Of a DNA stretch of 64,000 nt, positions 19,008-29,432 are shown in pieces. Position numbers and translations under genes: made by a program. The DNA lies in contig OY282360.1 in NCBI GenBank assembly GCA_958295675.1, forward strand, positions 358,394 to 422,393, read 5' to 3'. The notes beneath the pieces are model-generated. The model searched no databases. It was given only the letters and a program-made list of their open reading frames with translations, and was not told the origin of the DNA. The stretch is from Minisyncoccota bacterium. GTDB taxonomy: Bacteria > Patescibacteriota > Minisyncoccia > Phycocordibacterales > JABAAK01. Within the stretch, counting starts at the first letter, position 1, and the number at the start of each line of letters is the position of its first letter.

Positions 19008-20036
19008 CTATACATAGTACCCTTTTAGTTTTAACTGATACCTGACATAATCAGGGTTGGCGAATGATGTGAGGCACCCAGCGGCTTTTGCCGCGCCTAT
19101 TGGTTTTCCATCCTTACTTGTATAATTAATAACAGCTTTTGCCACATTGTTCGGCATTCCCTGTAGATTTTCAAGAGAGCGTACCACATATTGAATTTCA
19201 TCCCGTTCTAATAAACGATTAACAATATCTATACGATCAATGCTTGCCGGGAATTTTTTAATATGAAGCATGAGGACATCTCCTTGCCCTGATTTCATCA
19301 ATCCACTTACTATTTGTTCATAATTCGGCCGTTCAATGTTTTTCATACATTCAAAAACTCTGGATCCATAACAATGACTGATGAGTTTAGATGCCGTGTA
19401 CATAGTGAAGGAAGAAAAATTAGGTAATTCTTCCTCAAGTATTTTATACTGATTAGTATCAATTAATTGCTCTGCGATATAAGGGTGGGTAGATGGCTCA
19501 AACCTTTGTAGAAATTCAAGAATGGTAGGCGAATAAAGGACTAACTTGCTATCTTTGGAACGGATAAGATAAAAAAGTTTGTAAGCAATATTTTTATCAA
19601 GATTGCTGAAGTATTCTAAATTTTGAAACAAATTCTCAAGAAGCATTGTATATATATAATATCTTTCCACTATAGAATATTTTTCTATCAAAAAATCAAG
19701 AATTGTATTCATAATGGCGATATGGGAGAGTGGAGCAAATGAATCAAGAGTACTGCACATTTTATTAAAATGAGATGGAGATTCATCAGCATAGCACCGT
19801 TCCAAAACATCTAAGATTTCCTTCTTTTTTTCAAACGATTCTCTAAACGATTCAATATCAGATTTGAGATCGCCGGATAGAGTTTCAAAGGTATCCCGAA
19901 GACCGTCCAAGGTTTCCCTGTTTTTCAGGGCGGAATCGCCGGCAATCAGTGCTTTCATATACTCATCTTTTGCAATGTTTAAAATTTCTAAATCGTCCCG
20001 AAGTGATGTACATGTGATATGTTTCTTCCGCGGCAT
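19008..20036 (-). CDS. hypothetical protein inserted between ftsL-like and ftsI genes
   Basis: 342 aa, helical, no TM, AT-rich codon usage, no recognizable motifs. Confidence 0.5.
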   Translation of the reverse strand: MPRKKHITCTSLRDDLEILNIAKDEYMKALIAGDSALKNRETLDGLRDTFETLSGDLKSDIESFRESFEKKKEILDVLERCYADESPSHFNKMCSTLDSFAPLSHIAIMNTILDFLIEKYSIVERYYIYTMLLENLFQNLEYFSNLDKNIAYKLFYLIRSKDSKLVLYSPTILEFLQRFEPSTHPYIAEQLIDTNQYKILEEELPNFSSFTMYTASKLISHCYGSRVFECMKNIERPNYEQIVSGLMKSGQGDVLMLHIKKFPASIDRIDIVNRLLERDEIQYVVRSLENLQGMPNNVAKAVINYTSKDGKPIGAAKAAGCLTSFANPDYVRYQLKLKGYYV

Positions 20037-20086
20037 ATATACCTAATATACCAAGAAAAATAAGGATTATTATGCGTAGAGGTGTA

Positions 20087-20356
20087 TTAGTGAGATACGG
20101 ATACAGCGACCGGTTCAACAACAACGACATGTGATACCGTGATATCATCATGTTCAACCGAGATAGTACCGTTACCGGAAACTTTCATAATGTCAACGCG
20201 AGCGGCATAAATTTCTTCTTCTAATGTGTGCACGGCGGCAATATTGTATGTTGTCACATAAGCGAAATACATGTTAAATAGGATTGTCGCGACGGAAAAA
20301 ACCGACAAAATAAACAGAAAATATCTATAGGGGGTTGTTAAGGATGTAATACTCAT
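20087..20356 (-). CDS. FtsL/DivIC-like small bitopic cell-division protein
   Basis: 89 aa: TM then coiled coil. ATGA overlap with the rsmH stop. Confidence 0.4.
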   Translation of the reverse strand: MSITSLTTPYRYFLFILSVFSVATILFNMYFAYVTTYNIAAVHTLEEEIYAARVDIMKVSGNGTISVEHDDITVSHVVVVEPVAVSVSH

Positions 20357-21252
20357 ACATTGAAAATAAAGGTTCGTAATTGCGCGCTTGTCGCCCGCGG
20401 ATTGCGGATACATTCTTCGTGAGAAGACCGTATCGCTTTTTTTGAATATCGTTTTCCGATACTCTCGCTTTCCCACTGTTTGAACATTTGTTTAACAATT
20501 CTATCCTCTAAACTATGGAAAGAAATGATTGCTAAACGGGTATCGGTGCGAATAAGTGTTTTCAGAGATTCCAAAAACTCTTGCAATATATTCAGTTCGT
20601 CATTGACAGCAATGCGAAGTGCCTGAAATGTTTTTGTGGCAGCATGTCGATGTTTTGGATGCAATTTACGCGGTACAGCACCGGAAACAATGTTCGCAAG
20701 ATGCTTGCTTGTGACAATCGGCTTTTCTTTGCGGGCATTGACGATAAAACGGGCAATTCGGACCGCCCATCGCTCTTCTCCATACTCTTTCAAAATAGTC
20801 ACGAGTGCGGATTCTTCAAAAGTATTCACTATATCCAGCGCGGTTACAGCACAGGCATGTTCCCGTTTGCTGAAACACATATTCAGAGGTTCGTCATGCA
20901 TGAAAGAAAACCCTCTACCGCTTGTCAGCTGATGACTGCCCCAACCGAGATCCACAAGCACACGGTCATATGTTTCAATGCCTAAATCAGATGATATGTT
21001 TGTGATGTGCCTGAAATTGTTCTCAATAAAATGAACGCGGATAGTGTCAGATACAGCCGCAAGAGTATGCTTTGCGCGAGTCAATGCAGCACTGTCAGTG
21101 TCAATACCGATGAATGTGCCGCTCTGCATGGCGTTGATAATTGCCTTAGCATGACCTCCGGTACCCACTGTCGCATCAAGTATTGTGCTGTTCGGTCGTA
21201 TTGTAAGAAAATCTAATGTTTCACGCAGTAATACAGGCGTATGATCATCCAT
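20353..21252 (-). CDS. rsmH: 16S rRNA (cytosine1402-N4)-methyltransferase RsmH
   Basis: HTPVLL, LDATVGTGGH and DLGWGSHQL motifs. Confidence 0.85.
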   Translation of the reverse strand: MDDHTPVLLRETLDFLTIRPNSTILDATVGTGGHAKAIINAMQSGTFIGIDTDSAALTRAKHTLAAVSDTIRVHFIENNFRHITNISSDLGIETYDRVLVDLGWGSHQLTSGRGFSFMHDEPLNMCFSKREHACAVTALDIVNTFEESALVTILKEYGEERWAVRIARFIVNARKEKPIVTSKHLANIVSGAVPRKLHPKHRHAATKTFQALRIAVNDELNILQEFLESLKTLIRTDTRLAIISFHSLEDRIVKQMFKQWESESIGKRYSKKAIRSSHEECIRNPRATSAQLRTFIFNV

Positions 21253-21257
21253 AGCAA

Positions 21258-21710
21258 TTATGCTTCAGGTTCATCAGTTAATCGTTGAAATTCGTCGCTT
21301 TCGGCAAGCGCGCGAACTTCATCCATGGTCGGCATGCCATCGCGTTCCCATCGTTCAGAACTCCAAATTTGGAATCCTTCTTCAGTGCCGACACAGACAA
21401 TGGTTTCACGCAGTTCCGCAAAATTAGCAAGGTGATCGGGTATGACAATCCTGCCGGACGAATCAACATCAACATGGTCGCCGACAGTCAAAAAACGGGA
21501 AATCTTTCGATGTTTCTCGTTAATGGAAAGACGCTTGTTCAATTTTTGCGCCTGTGTCATTCCCTTTTCCCATAATGAGAACGGATACACACTAATGCAT
21601 CCGTCTAAATGGCGCGTTATGACCACAGATTTACCAATCTCTCTCCGATATCGTGTCGGAATGGAGATCCGTCGTTTTGCATCCATGGTGAGATGTATTT
21701 CTGACAACAT
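21258..21710 (-). CDS. mraZ: transcriptional regulator MraZ
   Basis: Two DxxxR repeats (MDAKRRISIP, VDSSGRIVIP). Start at MLSEIHL. Confidence 0.8.
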   Translation of the reverse strand: MLSEIHLTMDAKRRISIPTRYRREIGKSVVITRHLDGCISVYPFSLWEKGMTQAQKLNKRLSINEKHRKISRFLTVGDHVDVDSSGRIVIPDHLANFAELRETIVCVGTEEGFQIWSSERWERDGMPTMDEVRALAESDEFQRLTDEPEA

Positions 21711-21889
21711 ATACAGTTTTAGTAGTACATCCCACCACACCCTCACTATACGCCATTTACTTCCACCATATTCCACAATTTTCCACAGTTTTCCACATAT
21801 ACAGAAAATACCTTTATTTTTTAAGACATTTTATCAATACTTTTTCAAATAATTGTGGAAAACTGAGAAATTTTGTACTTGACGGAGGG

Positions 21890-22345
21890 TTATGATTTTA
21901 TCTTAAGCACCTTCATTTCCGTTTCTCCTTTCGGAAGATGAATAACAACGACATCACCGACTTTTTTCCCGAGCAGTCCTTCGGCGATAGGTGAATGAGG
22001 TGAAATCATAATGTCATTTCCTTCTGTGCCGATATTAAAAGTTTTTTTGCCCTCTCCTTTGATATCTACAGTTACTGTGTTGCCGATAGTAACGATTTCC
22101 ACATGGTGATCTTCCCGCAGCACTGTTGCGGTTTTCAGATTACTTTCAATTTCACTAATACGGGTTTCAAGGGCTGCCTGCTGTTTTCTCGCGTTCTCAT
22201 ACTCACTATTTTCACTAAGATCGCCGTACGCCCGCGCGATACGCAGCTGCTCAATAACCTTCACTCGTTCAACTTCTTTCAAGTTTTGTAATTCTTTCTC
22301 TAAAGATTCTTTTTCTTTTCGAGTAATAAAGTGGTTGTCATTCAT
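21890..22345 (-). CDS. greA: transcription elongation factor GreA
   Basis: 151 aa. GDLSENSEY and a C-terminal FKBP-like domain. Confidence 0.85.
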   Translation of the reverse strand: MNDNHFITRKEKESLEKELQNLKEVERVKVIEQLRIARAYGDLSENSEYENARKQQAALETRISEIESNLKTATVLREDHHVEIVTIGNTVTVDIKGEGKKTFNIGTEGNDIMISPHSPIAEGLLGKKVGDVVVIHLPKGETEMKVLKIKS

Positions 22346-22379
22346 AAGTCCTTTAAGTATACTACATCATTCTTTCCAG

Positions 22380-24053
22380 TCAAGAGCGAAAATATTCAGG
22401 CAGGTGTATCTGCAGCGTATCAAAAAATTGTCTCGCGGCATTGACCGCTCCGCCTGTTTTTCCGCGCTCCATAACAATCGCAAAGGCGTATTTCGGATTC
22501 TCATACGGAAAAAAACCGATTACCAGAGAGTTTATAACACCGCGATTCCCTACCTGTGCGGTACCGGTTTTTGCGGCGATAGTGTACGCATCTGTTTTCA
22601 GATGCTTTGCGGTTCCGTTCAGGACTCCCTGCCGCATTCCATCCCGCACGACCTCAAGTGTTGAATGTGAAATAACCAATTTTACCTTTTGTGAAATCTC
22701 CCCCTTATTGAAATGCGGTTCAACAAGATAGCCGCCGTTCGCGAGTGCTGCGGTCGCTCGGGCAAGTTGTAGCGGTGTCACCTGGAATGCATATTGCCCT
22801 ATAACGGTGTTATAGGTGTCGCCGATACGCCATTCATCGCCATGTTCCTGCTCTTTCCATAGCGGACTCGGAATAAGACCGTCCGGTTCGTGAAAAACAC
22901 CGAGTGATGTCGGTGTTCCGAAACCGAAAATACTCGCGTATGTTTTGAGACGGTCAATGCCGAGACCGATGCGATCGCCATATCCGCCGCCTATATAGTA
23001 AAAATATACATTAGATGACTGCGCGAGCGCGCCGTACATATTTAATGCGCCATGCACCCGCCAATCCTTATAGGTGTACACAATATCAGGATCATACGGG
23101 CTTTGCACGCTGATATGTCCTTTGCTGACAATAGTTTCATGCGGGTCAATGATGTCTTCCTCAAGAGCGGCAATGGCAAAGAAAGGTTTTATGGCAGACC
23201 CGGGGCTGTACAGGCCTGAAATAGCACGATGAACAAACGCGCCGCGGTCTTGCTGTTGTATATACAGTTCCCGCTCCTCGCCGGAAAGGTTGGTCATGGT
23301 ATTATTGTTAAACTCAGGGTATGATGCGATGGCTATAATTTCACCGGTGGTGCTGTCCAAAAGCACACCTGATCCGGCATCAAAGTCCCGTTCTTCCGCG
23401 ACTTCTTTCAGGGTGTTATAGAGCAATTGCTGTGTCTGGGCATCTACGGAAAGCGTGATATCTTCACCGTCTTTCTGCTTTTCTATGTATAGTTCGGAGA
23501 CAAGATCTCCGACGGCATTTCTTTCTAACACCAAGGAGCCGCTCGTACCCGCCAATTCACGATCGTACAGTTCTTCTATGCCACCCTGCCCCAATGTCTG
23601 CGGGAGATAGTACGCGCCGGTAGTATCCTGCCGGGGATAACGGACAAAACCGAGAAGGTTACTGAATCCGCCGTTCCGATAGTTCCGTGTGGGTACCTGA
23701 TCATCAGCTTCGCCAGTATTCCATGCTATATGTTCGCCGTTTCTGCCGTATATATCACCGCGCACCGGCAGTACAATTTTCTTGGCAAATGTGTTATTTT
23801 CACTGATAAACGCATACTCACTGCTTTCAACAATTTGAAGCGTGCCGATGCGGAATATGAGAAGAAACACGCCGACAGCGACCACAAACCAAAGCCAAAA
23901 TAGCTGGTTAGCGGAAACGGATCGGCGTAAATGTCCTTCTCCATGATGCACGGAGAATCCTTCTCTGCCGGCACCTTTGTCCATGTATGTTTCATGGAGA
24001 TTAGGAGTGCGTTTCGGGCGTTTTTTCGGTCTGAATGATATATGCGGTATCAT
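22380..24053 (-). CDS. mrdA: penicillin-binding protein 2 (elongasome transpeptidase)
   Basis: SAIKP (SxxK), SSN (SxN), KTGTAQ. Lies downstream of mreBCD. Start set at MIPHISF with a 4-nt overlap to the upstream gene. Confidence 0.75.
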   Translation of the reverse strand: MIPHISFRPKKRPKRTPNLHETYMDKGAGREGFSVHHGEGHLRRSVSANQLFWLWFVVAVGVFLLIFRIGTLQIVESSEYAFISENNTFAKKIVLPVRGDIYGRNGEHIAWNTGEADDQVPTRNYRNGGFSNLLGFVRYPRQDTTGAYYLPQTLGQGGIEELYDRELAGTSGSLVLERNAVGDLVSELYIEKQKDGEDITLSVDAQTQQLLYNTLKEVAEERDFDAGSGVLLDSTTGEIIAIASYPEFNNNTMTNLSGEERELYIQQQDRGAFVHRAISGLYSPGSAIKPFFAIAALEEDIIDPHETIVSKGHISVQSPYDPDIVYTYKDWRVHGALNMYGALAQSSNVYFYYIGGGYGDRIGLGIDRLKTYASIFGFGTPTSLGVFHEPDGLIPSPLWKEQEHGDEWRIGDTYNTVIGQYAFQVTPLQLARATAALANGGYLVEPHFNKGEISQKVKLVISHSTLEVVRDGMRQGVLNGTAKHLKTDAYTIAAKTGTAQVGNRGVINSLVIGFFPYENPKYAFAIVMERGKTGGAVNAARQFFDTLQIHLPEYFRS

Positions 24054-24310
24054 AGAGTAACAGTATATCGCAGATACGCATACAGCGGCAAAAAAAGTAT
24101 CGTACAGAAAACAGGTGAAACCCAAAACGGCACGCCGGTGGGCAAGAGAAACGAATCAATAAGTATTGAAAAAAATAGGGCAACCGCCGGTGCTTCCAGA
24201 ACCATCGCCGCAATCGGAAAGAATAAAAGAAAAAAGAAAGGAAGAAACGGAGCAAGAATAATACCGCTGAGTAAAACACCGTATCCGATAATTTTTCTGG
24301 TGATGTGCAT
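24050..24310 (-). CDS. MreD-like small polytopic membrane protein
   Basis: 86 aa, entirely hydrophobic, in the mreD position. Confidence 0.35.
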   Translation of the reverse strand: MHITRKIIGYGVLLSGIILAPFLPFFFLLFFPIAAMVLEAPAVALFFSILIDSFLLPTGVPFWVSPVFCTILFLPLYAYLRYTVTL

Positions 24311-24318
24311 AGAGTATA

Positions 24319-25065
24319 TTACTTTGAAAATATTTCCGCCGATTCAGAATGCAGCGTATCAACACGCTTTTTCGCCTGTTCAAATTCATGTTCAAAAATC
24401 TTTCTCTCATCCTGAGCGCGGATATACAGCATGGGTGTTTGCAGCGGATTGACGGCGATAATGCCGTGTACCCGCTGCACATTTTTTTCCGGGAATCGTT
24501 CGATAACACTGACCGTGCTGACTGTACCGCCGGTTGCCTGATGTACAATCGGCAATCCGGTGACAATATCAGCATCTATTGGTGTGGAAAGATAGAAACT
24601 GCCGCCACCGGTCCCGGTACCGCTTGATATATGTCCGTTTACTGAGAAAAGTTCCCTGCTGACAGATGAACTGAACAGCACTATAACATAGATGGTATCG
24701 CGTTTTTCATGAATATAACCAACCGCGATGCCGCGATCGTTATACACATACTTTGATACAATATCCGGCTCGTCGTTCATGGGTGGACGGGTCGCGAGTA
24801 TAAAATCATACGGCACCTGCGGCGGTCGAACCATGGTATACAGGGGTGTCAGCTCCTTGCCGTCCATATATACATATTCAGAAGTGACATTAATTTCGGC
24901 AGACGGAGCATTATAACGATACAGAGAACTGAAGAGTGATTGGGAAACACGGATATAGACAGACGGGAAAAATAAGAATGTGAGAAGGATAACAGCAAAC
25001 AGAATATATGTGCCGTGTGTGAAGAATGATGAGGTATATATCCGCATATCATCACTATACAGCAT
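24319..25065 (-). CDS. MreC-like rod-shape protein
   Basis: N-terminal TM, Gly-rich beta domain (GTGTGGGSFYL, ATGGTVS), mreC position. Confidence 0.45.
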   Translation of the reverse strand: MLYSDDMRIYTSSFFTHGTYILFAVILLTFLFFPSVYIRVSQSLFSSLYRYNAPSAEINVTSEYVYMDGKELTPLYTMVRPPQVPYDFILATRPPMNDEPDIVSKYVYNDRGIAVGYIHEKRDTIYVIVLFSSSVSRELFSVNGHISSGTGTGGGSFYLSTPIDADIVTGLPIVHQATGGTVSTVSVIERFPEKNVQRVHGIIAVNPLQTPMLYIRAQDERKIFEHEFEQAKKRVDTLHSESAEIFSK

Positions 25066-25080
25066 CGCTATCCTACCGCA

Positions 25081-26232
25081 TCATAGGAAATATTTTGAGT
25101 ATTGTTCCGGGTGTTGGGCGATAAGCGCGGTGCCGCGGGCGACGACGGTGGTCGGATTATTCGGGACCAATATTTTTAAATTCAGCGCTGCCTCAATTTT
25201 TTCGGAAAAAGTATGAATGGACGGACCGCCGCCGACAAAATATATATTATTATTCTGCAAATCAGAAAGAACTTCAGGTGACACGCGCTCAATAAACGAA
25301 TTAATATGGCTGACCACGCTGTCCAGAGGATCAGAGATAAAATCAAGTACTTCGTCAAGAGTAACTTCAACCTCAAGCGGTAATCCGGTTGAAACATTTC
25401 TGCCCTGCACGCTGAATGTTTTTCGTTCTTCAACCGATTGCATAATCGCCATTTTAAGATCTTCAGCGGTACGCCTGCCGACCGCAAGCTGCATGCGTTC
25501 CTTCAGTCCGTTAATAATAGATTCATCAAACGCATCACCGGCGATTCGTATACTGTCATTAGCAACAATTTCCCCGCCGACCAGTATCATGGCATCGCTG
25601 GTGCCGCCGCCGACATCAACCACCATAATCGCTGTCTCTTCACTCAATGACAAGTCAAGACCGATTGCGGCTGCAAGAGGTTCATACACGATATGCACTC
25701 GCCGCGCGCCGGCATCAATAGTAGCATCCCGAACGGCGTTGATTTCTGTCTGAGAACTACAGCACGGCACGCCGACAATGACTGTCGGGCCAAGAATGCG
25801 CGGTGACGATGCTTGAACCTTGCGAAAAATATATTCAAATAACTGTTCGGTAACTTCATAGTCATACACTACCCCCCGCTGCATGGGCTGCACTACTGTG
25901 ATATGTTCGGGAGTGCGTCCGACCATCACACGCGCCTTTTTTCCGACCGCTACCACCTGTTCTGTTTTTTTGTTGACGGCAACCAATGTCGGTTCCCGCA
26001 ACACAACGCCTTTCCCTTCAACATACACAACTGTTGATGCGGTCCCGAGATCAATGCCGACTTGATTTGAAAAAAAATTACCGCTGCTTCGTGCGCGTTT
26101 TTTCTTTGATTTAAGTTGTCGTATTCGTTCCTTCAGCGCGGGTAATGCTGAATTGGCAACACGAGATAATCGACGCCACAGCGCTTTTATTAATTCTTTC
26201 CCCGGAATATATTTTCGCTTTTTATATGCCAT
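25081..26232 (-). CDS. mreB: rod shape-determining protein MreB
   Basis: VGIDLGTASTVVYV, VVDVGGGTSDAMIL and YFVGGGP actin-fold motifs. Start trimmed to MAYKKRKY (the track ORF extends 89 aa upstream into frr). Confidence 0.8.
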   Translation of the reverse strand: MAYKKRKYIPGKELIKALWRRLSRVANSALPALKERIRQLKSKKKRARSSGNFFSNQVGIDLGTASTVVYVEGKGVVLREPTLVAVNKKTEQVVAVGKKARVMVGRTPEHITVVQPMQRGVVYDYEVTEQLFEYIFRKVQASSPRILGPTVIVGVPCCSSQTEINAVRDATIDAGARRVHIVYEPLAAAIGLDLSLSEETAIMVVDVGGGTSDAMILVGGEIVANDSIRIAGDAFDESIINGLKERMQLAVGRRTAEDLKMAIMQSVEERKTFSVQGRNVSTGLPLEVEVTLDEVLDFISDPLDSVVSHINSFIERVSPEVLSDLQNNNIYFVGGGPSIHTFSEKIEAALNLKILVPNNPTTVVARGTALIAQHPEQYSKYFL

Positions 26233-26239
26233 ATATTCG

Positions 26240-26803
26240 CTATATCTGTATATCTTGCAGTTTAGTTTGGTGCATAGCATCAACTTCCCTGTTTGCTTCG
26301 TCAACCTTCTCCTGCAAATATTTTTTTGCGGAAAACTCCTCATCTTCAGAAAGATTAGATGCCGCTTTTGCATGTTTAATCTCAGCAATCTCCTTTTCTC
26401 TCGCATTGCGAATTGATTGTTTTGCTTCTTCCATCCGCTCCCGAGCAGCTCGTTCCAACAGCACTCTGCGCTCACCGGTAAGTTCCTGTGCTGTAACACG
26501 GATACCTGTATCGCCGACTGAAAGCGACATGGATGGCATTCGCTCCCGTAATTCTGATTCTATGGCTGGTAATAAAGATGTATCATACGGCGTTACCAAT
26601 AATACTTTCTGATCTTCTAGAGTGATAGTCGAGCAATGACTCAGTGCAGTTTTCGTACCATACGCTTCAATCGTTACTCTATCCAACAAAGATGGTGTGA
26701 TTTTGCCGGATTGTATACCGATATACTCTTTCCCGAGCCAATCAATAATTTCTTTGACTCTACCTGAAAAAGTACTGAAATCATACTGCATTACATGTAT
26801 CAT
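26240..26803 (-). CDS. frr: ribosome recycling factor
   Basis: 187 aa. LTGERRVLLERAARERMEEAK is the Frr signature. Confidence 0.85.
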   Translation of the reverse strand: MIHVMQYDFSTFSGRVKEIIDWLGKEYIGIQSGKITPSLLDRVTIEAYGTKTALSHCSTITLEDQKVLLVTPYDTSLLPAIESELRERMPSMSLSVGDTGIRVTAQELTGERRVLLERAARERMEEAKQSIRNAREKEIAEIKHAKAASNLSEDEEFSAKKYLQEKVDEANREVDAMHQTKLQDIQI

Positions 26804-26852
26804 AGCATACAGCGTTTTAAGGGTGAAATAGAGATTAAGGACAAAAAATCAA

Positions 26853-26875
26853 CCCCAAACACACAGTGTTTGGGG
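26853..26875. terminator. bidirectional hairpin terminator element, copy 1 of 13 (CCCCAAACAC-loop-GTGTTTGGGG; A-tract 5' and T-tract 3')
   Basis: Perfect 10-bp inverted repeat. Confidence 0.55.
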
Positions 26876-26911
26876 TTTTGTGGCTCCAGAACGGGAGTTG
26901 GGTGCGCTCTT

Positions 26912-27520
26912 TTATCTCAAGGGTTGTACTCTCGCGCGGATTGCTTCCGGCGTGTTCGGGTCTTCAAGAACACTCTTTCGAACTTCGTCGTCGCGACCGT
27001 TGCGTAGATCATTGATGAACTGATCAACATCTTCCGGCGGTATGTTCGGGTTTGCAAGAAGATTCCTTCGAACCTCATCATCGTAGAATAAGGCATTGAC
27101 AAGTAGAGCGAAAGCTTCTACCGGTGCTTCAGGATTTCCGGCAACACTCGCTCGCACATTCTCAAATGAATGATTGGCAAGTTTGATGAGAACCTCTTTC
27201 GGTGTTTCTTGGTTTCCAGCGACTTTTTCCTGCACACAAACATCATCATCCTCAGCGAGTTTGATGAGAACTTCTTTTGATGCTTTCCCATGCTCGGCAA
27301 CTCTCTCTCGCACCCGCTTATCTTCATCCTCAGCAAGTTCAGGGAGGATTTCCGTGAGGATTTCCGTCGGGATATCTTCACGACATGCGAGACCTGCTCG
27401 CACCTTCCAATCCGCATCCTTGGCAAGTTCAAAGAGGATTTCAATTTCCCTCGGGGTCATCGGGGCATCTTCATCCCTAGCAAGTTGTTTGAGTACCTCA
27501 TCTGGTATTTTCAGTACCAT
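26912..27520 (-). CDS. LRV-repeat protein
   Basis: 202 aa. ...DVCVQEKVAGNQETPKEVLIKLA...VRASVAGNPEAP. Confidence 0.65.
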   Translation of the reverse strand: MVLKIPDEVLKQLARDEDAPMTPREIEILFELAKDADWKVRAGLACREDIPTEILTEILPELAEDEDKRVRERVAEHGKASKEVLIKLAEDDDVCVQEKVAGNQETPKEVLIKLANHSFENVRASVAGNPEAPVEAFALLVNALFYDDEVRRNLLANPNIPPEDVDQFINDLRNGRDDEVRKSVLEDPNTPEAIRARVQPLR

Positions 27521-27556
27521 CTCTTTCCTCGGTTTTCAGTTGGTTTAGTCAACTAC

Positions 27557-27577
27557 GATGAGAGAAAAACTCTCATC
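27557..27577 (-). promoter_or_regulatory. conserved 5'-UTR stem-loop of minus-strand LRV genes (gatgagag-aaaaa-ctctcatc)
   Basis: Same element at 28281-28301. Lies between the promoter-like region (tatagtat) and the RBS. Confidence 0.35.
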
Positions 27578-27623
27578 ACCAAAATATAGTATAGCACATT
27601 AAACTATATTTTCAAAAAATAAA

Positions 27624-27646
27624 CCTCAAACACTATGTGTTTGGGG
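27624..27646. terminator. bidirectional hairpin terminator element, copy 2
   Basis: cctcaaacac-tat-gtgtttgggg. Confidence 0.5.
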
Positions 27647-27682
27647 CTTTATTGTTCTGGAACGAGAGTTGCGCACTCTCTT

Positions 27683-28234
27683 TTATCTCAAGGGTTGTAC
27701 TCTCGCGCGGATTGCTTCCGGCGTCTTCGGGTCTTCAAGAACATCCTTTCGCACTTCGTCGGCGTAACCGTTGCGCAGATCATCGACAAACTGATCAACA
27801 ACTTTTGGCGGTATGTTCGGGTTTGCAAGAAGATTCCTTCGAACATCCTCCCAGTAGAGTAAATCCATGGCAAGTAATTTGAAAGCTTCCGCTGGTGCCT
27901 TAGGATTTCCGGCAACACTCGCTCGCACATCGTCAAACAAATCCTGAGCAAGTTTGATGAGATCTTCCGGTGGTGTGTTTTCATTCCCACCGACTCTCGC
28001 TCGCACATTCTCATCCTCATCCGCAGCAAGTCTGGTCAGGGTTTCCGGCGGTGTGTTACCGTTGCCAGCAGCTTCTTTCCGAACACCCTTAAATGCATCA
28101 TTTGCCAGTTCAGCGAGAACTTCCAGCGGGGTATCTTCATCACCTGCGACACCTGCCCGCACAAGCGAATCCGCATCCTTGGCAAGTTGTCTAAGTACTA
28201 CAGGTGATGATTTCTCTGGTATTTCCATTGCCAT
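27683..28234 (-). CDS. LRV-repeat protein
   Basis: 183 aa. C-terminal 60 aa nearly identical to 26912..27520. Confidence 0.65.
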   Translation of the reverse strand: MAMEIPEKSSPVVLRQLAKDADSLVRAGVAGDEDTPLEVLAELANDAFKGVRKEAAGNGNTPPETLTRLAADEDENVRARVGGNENTPPEDLIKLAQDLFDDVRASVAGNPKAPAEAFKLLAMDLLYWEDVRRNLLANPNIPPKVVDQFVDDLRNGYADEVRKDVLEDPKTPEAIRARVQPLR

Positions 28235-28338
28235 CTCTTTCCTCGGTTTTCAGTTGGTTTAGTCAACTACGATGAGAGAAAAACTCTCATCACCAAAATA
28301 TAGTATAGCACATTAAACTATATTTTCAAAAAAATAAA

Positions 28339-28364
28339 CCCCTGAACACATAAGTGTTTTGGGG
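28339..28364. terminator. bidirectional hairpin terminator element, copy 3
   Basis: cccctgaacac-ataa-gtgttttgggg. Confidence 0.5.
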
Positions 28365-28382
28365 TTTAAGTGGTTCACGGAT

Positions 28383-29432
28383 TTACGCAAGCGAATCCGA
28401 TCGTCTGTTCCTGAGATGCAGCAGAGCAATGTGGCGCACAAACTCATTCTCATCTTTGACAAGTTTTTCGAGTACTTCAATCGGTGTGTTCGGATGTTGA
28501 GCGACAAGAGATCTGATCAGCAAATCCGCATTGCCGGCAAACAATGTAAGTTGTTCTGCCGGTGTATTCGGGTTACAAATGGCAGAACGCAATACCAATT
28601 CATCTGTATCTTTGAGAAGGAATGTCAGAGATTCTAGTGGAATGTTCTCGTTTTCAGCAAGCAGTTTTCGCACAAACCAACTTTTATCTACAGAAAGTAA
28701 TGCGAATGCTCTCGTCAAAGTAATCTTACTTCTAGCTATTTCTGCCCGCACATCCTCATCAGGATCTGTAGCAAAACCTGTGAGTGCTTTTATTAACCGT
28801 TTCTTTCTCTTGGCAAGAGTCAACCGCACAGAATCAGCCTTATCCTTGGCGAGTCGCATGAATACTGGGATCGGCAGCTTCTTTCTCTTGGCAAGAGTAA
28901 ACCGTACATGGACATCTTCGTCTTCAGTGAGACGCATGAGTATTTGGATTGGCAGCTTCTTTCTCTTGGCAAGAATACACCGTACATACCAATCCTCATC
29001 CTCAGCAAGTCGCATGAGTACTTGGATCGGCAGCTTCTTTTTCTCGGCAAGAATACGCCGTACATGTACATACCAATCCCCACTCTCAGCAAGTCGCATG
29101 AGTACTTGGATCGGCAGCTTCTTTCTCTCGGCAAGAATACACCGTACATACCAATCCTCATCCTCAGCAAGTCGCATGAGTACTTGGATCGGCAGCTTCT
29201 TTCTCTTGAGAATAGCACGCTGTACATAAAAATTCTCATCCTCAGCAAGTCGCATGAGTACTTCTTCCGGCAGATCCTCTCTCTCGGCAACAATATACCG
29301 TACATGCCAATTCTCATCCTCAGCAAGTCGAGCAAGTGTTTCTTGCGAAGATGTTATTTTGGCAAGAATATATCGCGGAAGAGTAGTAAGTATACCCAGA
29401 ACCCACAAACAGATTTCTTGGAATACATTCAT
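28383..29432 (-). CDS. LRV-repeat protein with N-terminal hydrophobic segment
   Basis: 349 aa. Seven or more LPIQVLMRLAEDEDWYVRCILAERKK repeats (26 aa). Confidence 0.6.
   Translation of the reverse strand: MNVFQEICLWVLGILTTLPRYILAKITSSQETLARLAEDENWHVRYIVAEREDLPEEVLMRLAEDENFYVQRAILKRKKLPIQVLMRLAEDEDWYVRCILAERKKLPIQVLMRLAESGDWYVHVRRILAEKKKLPIQVLMRLAEDEDWYVRCILAKRKKLPIQILMRLTEDEDVHVRFTLAKRKKLPIPVFMRLAKDKADSVRLTLAKRKKRLIKALTGFATDPDEDVRAEIARSKITLTRAFALLSVDKSWFVRKLLAENENIPLESLTFLLKDTDELVLRSAICNPNTPAEQLTLFAGNADLLIRSLVAQHPNTPIEVLEKLVKDENEFVRHIALLHLRNRRSDSLA

Noticed and set aside
25081-26499. 472-aa MreB ORF with an 89-aa N-terminal extension overlapping frr.
   Set aside because: The extension is K/R-rich junk overlapping the frr coding sequence. 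The canonical MreB N-terminus begins near MAYKKRKY (26232).
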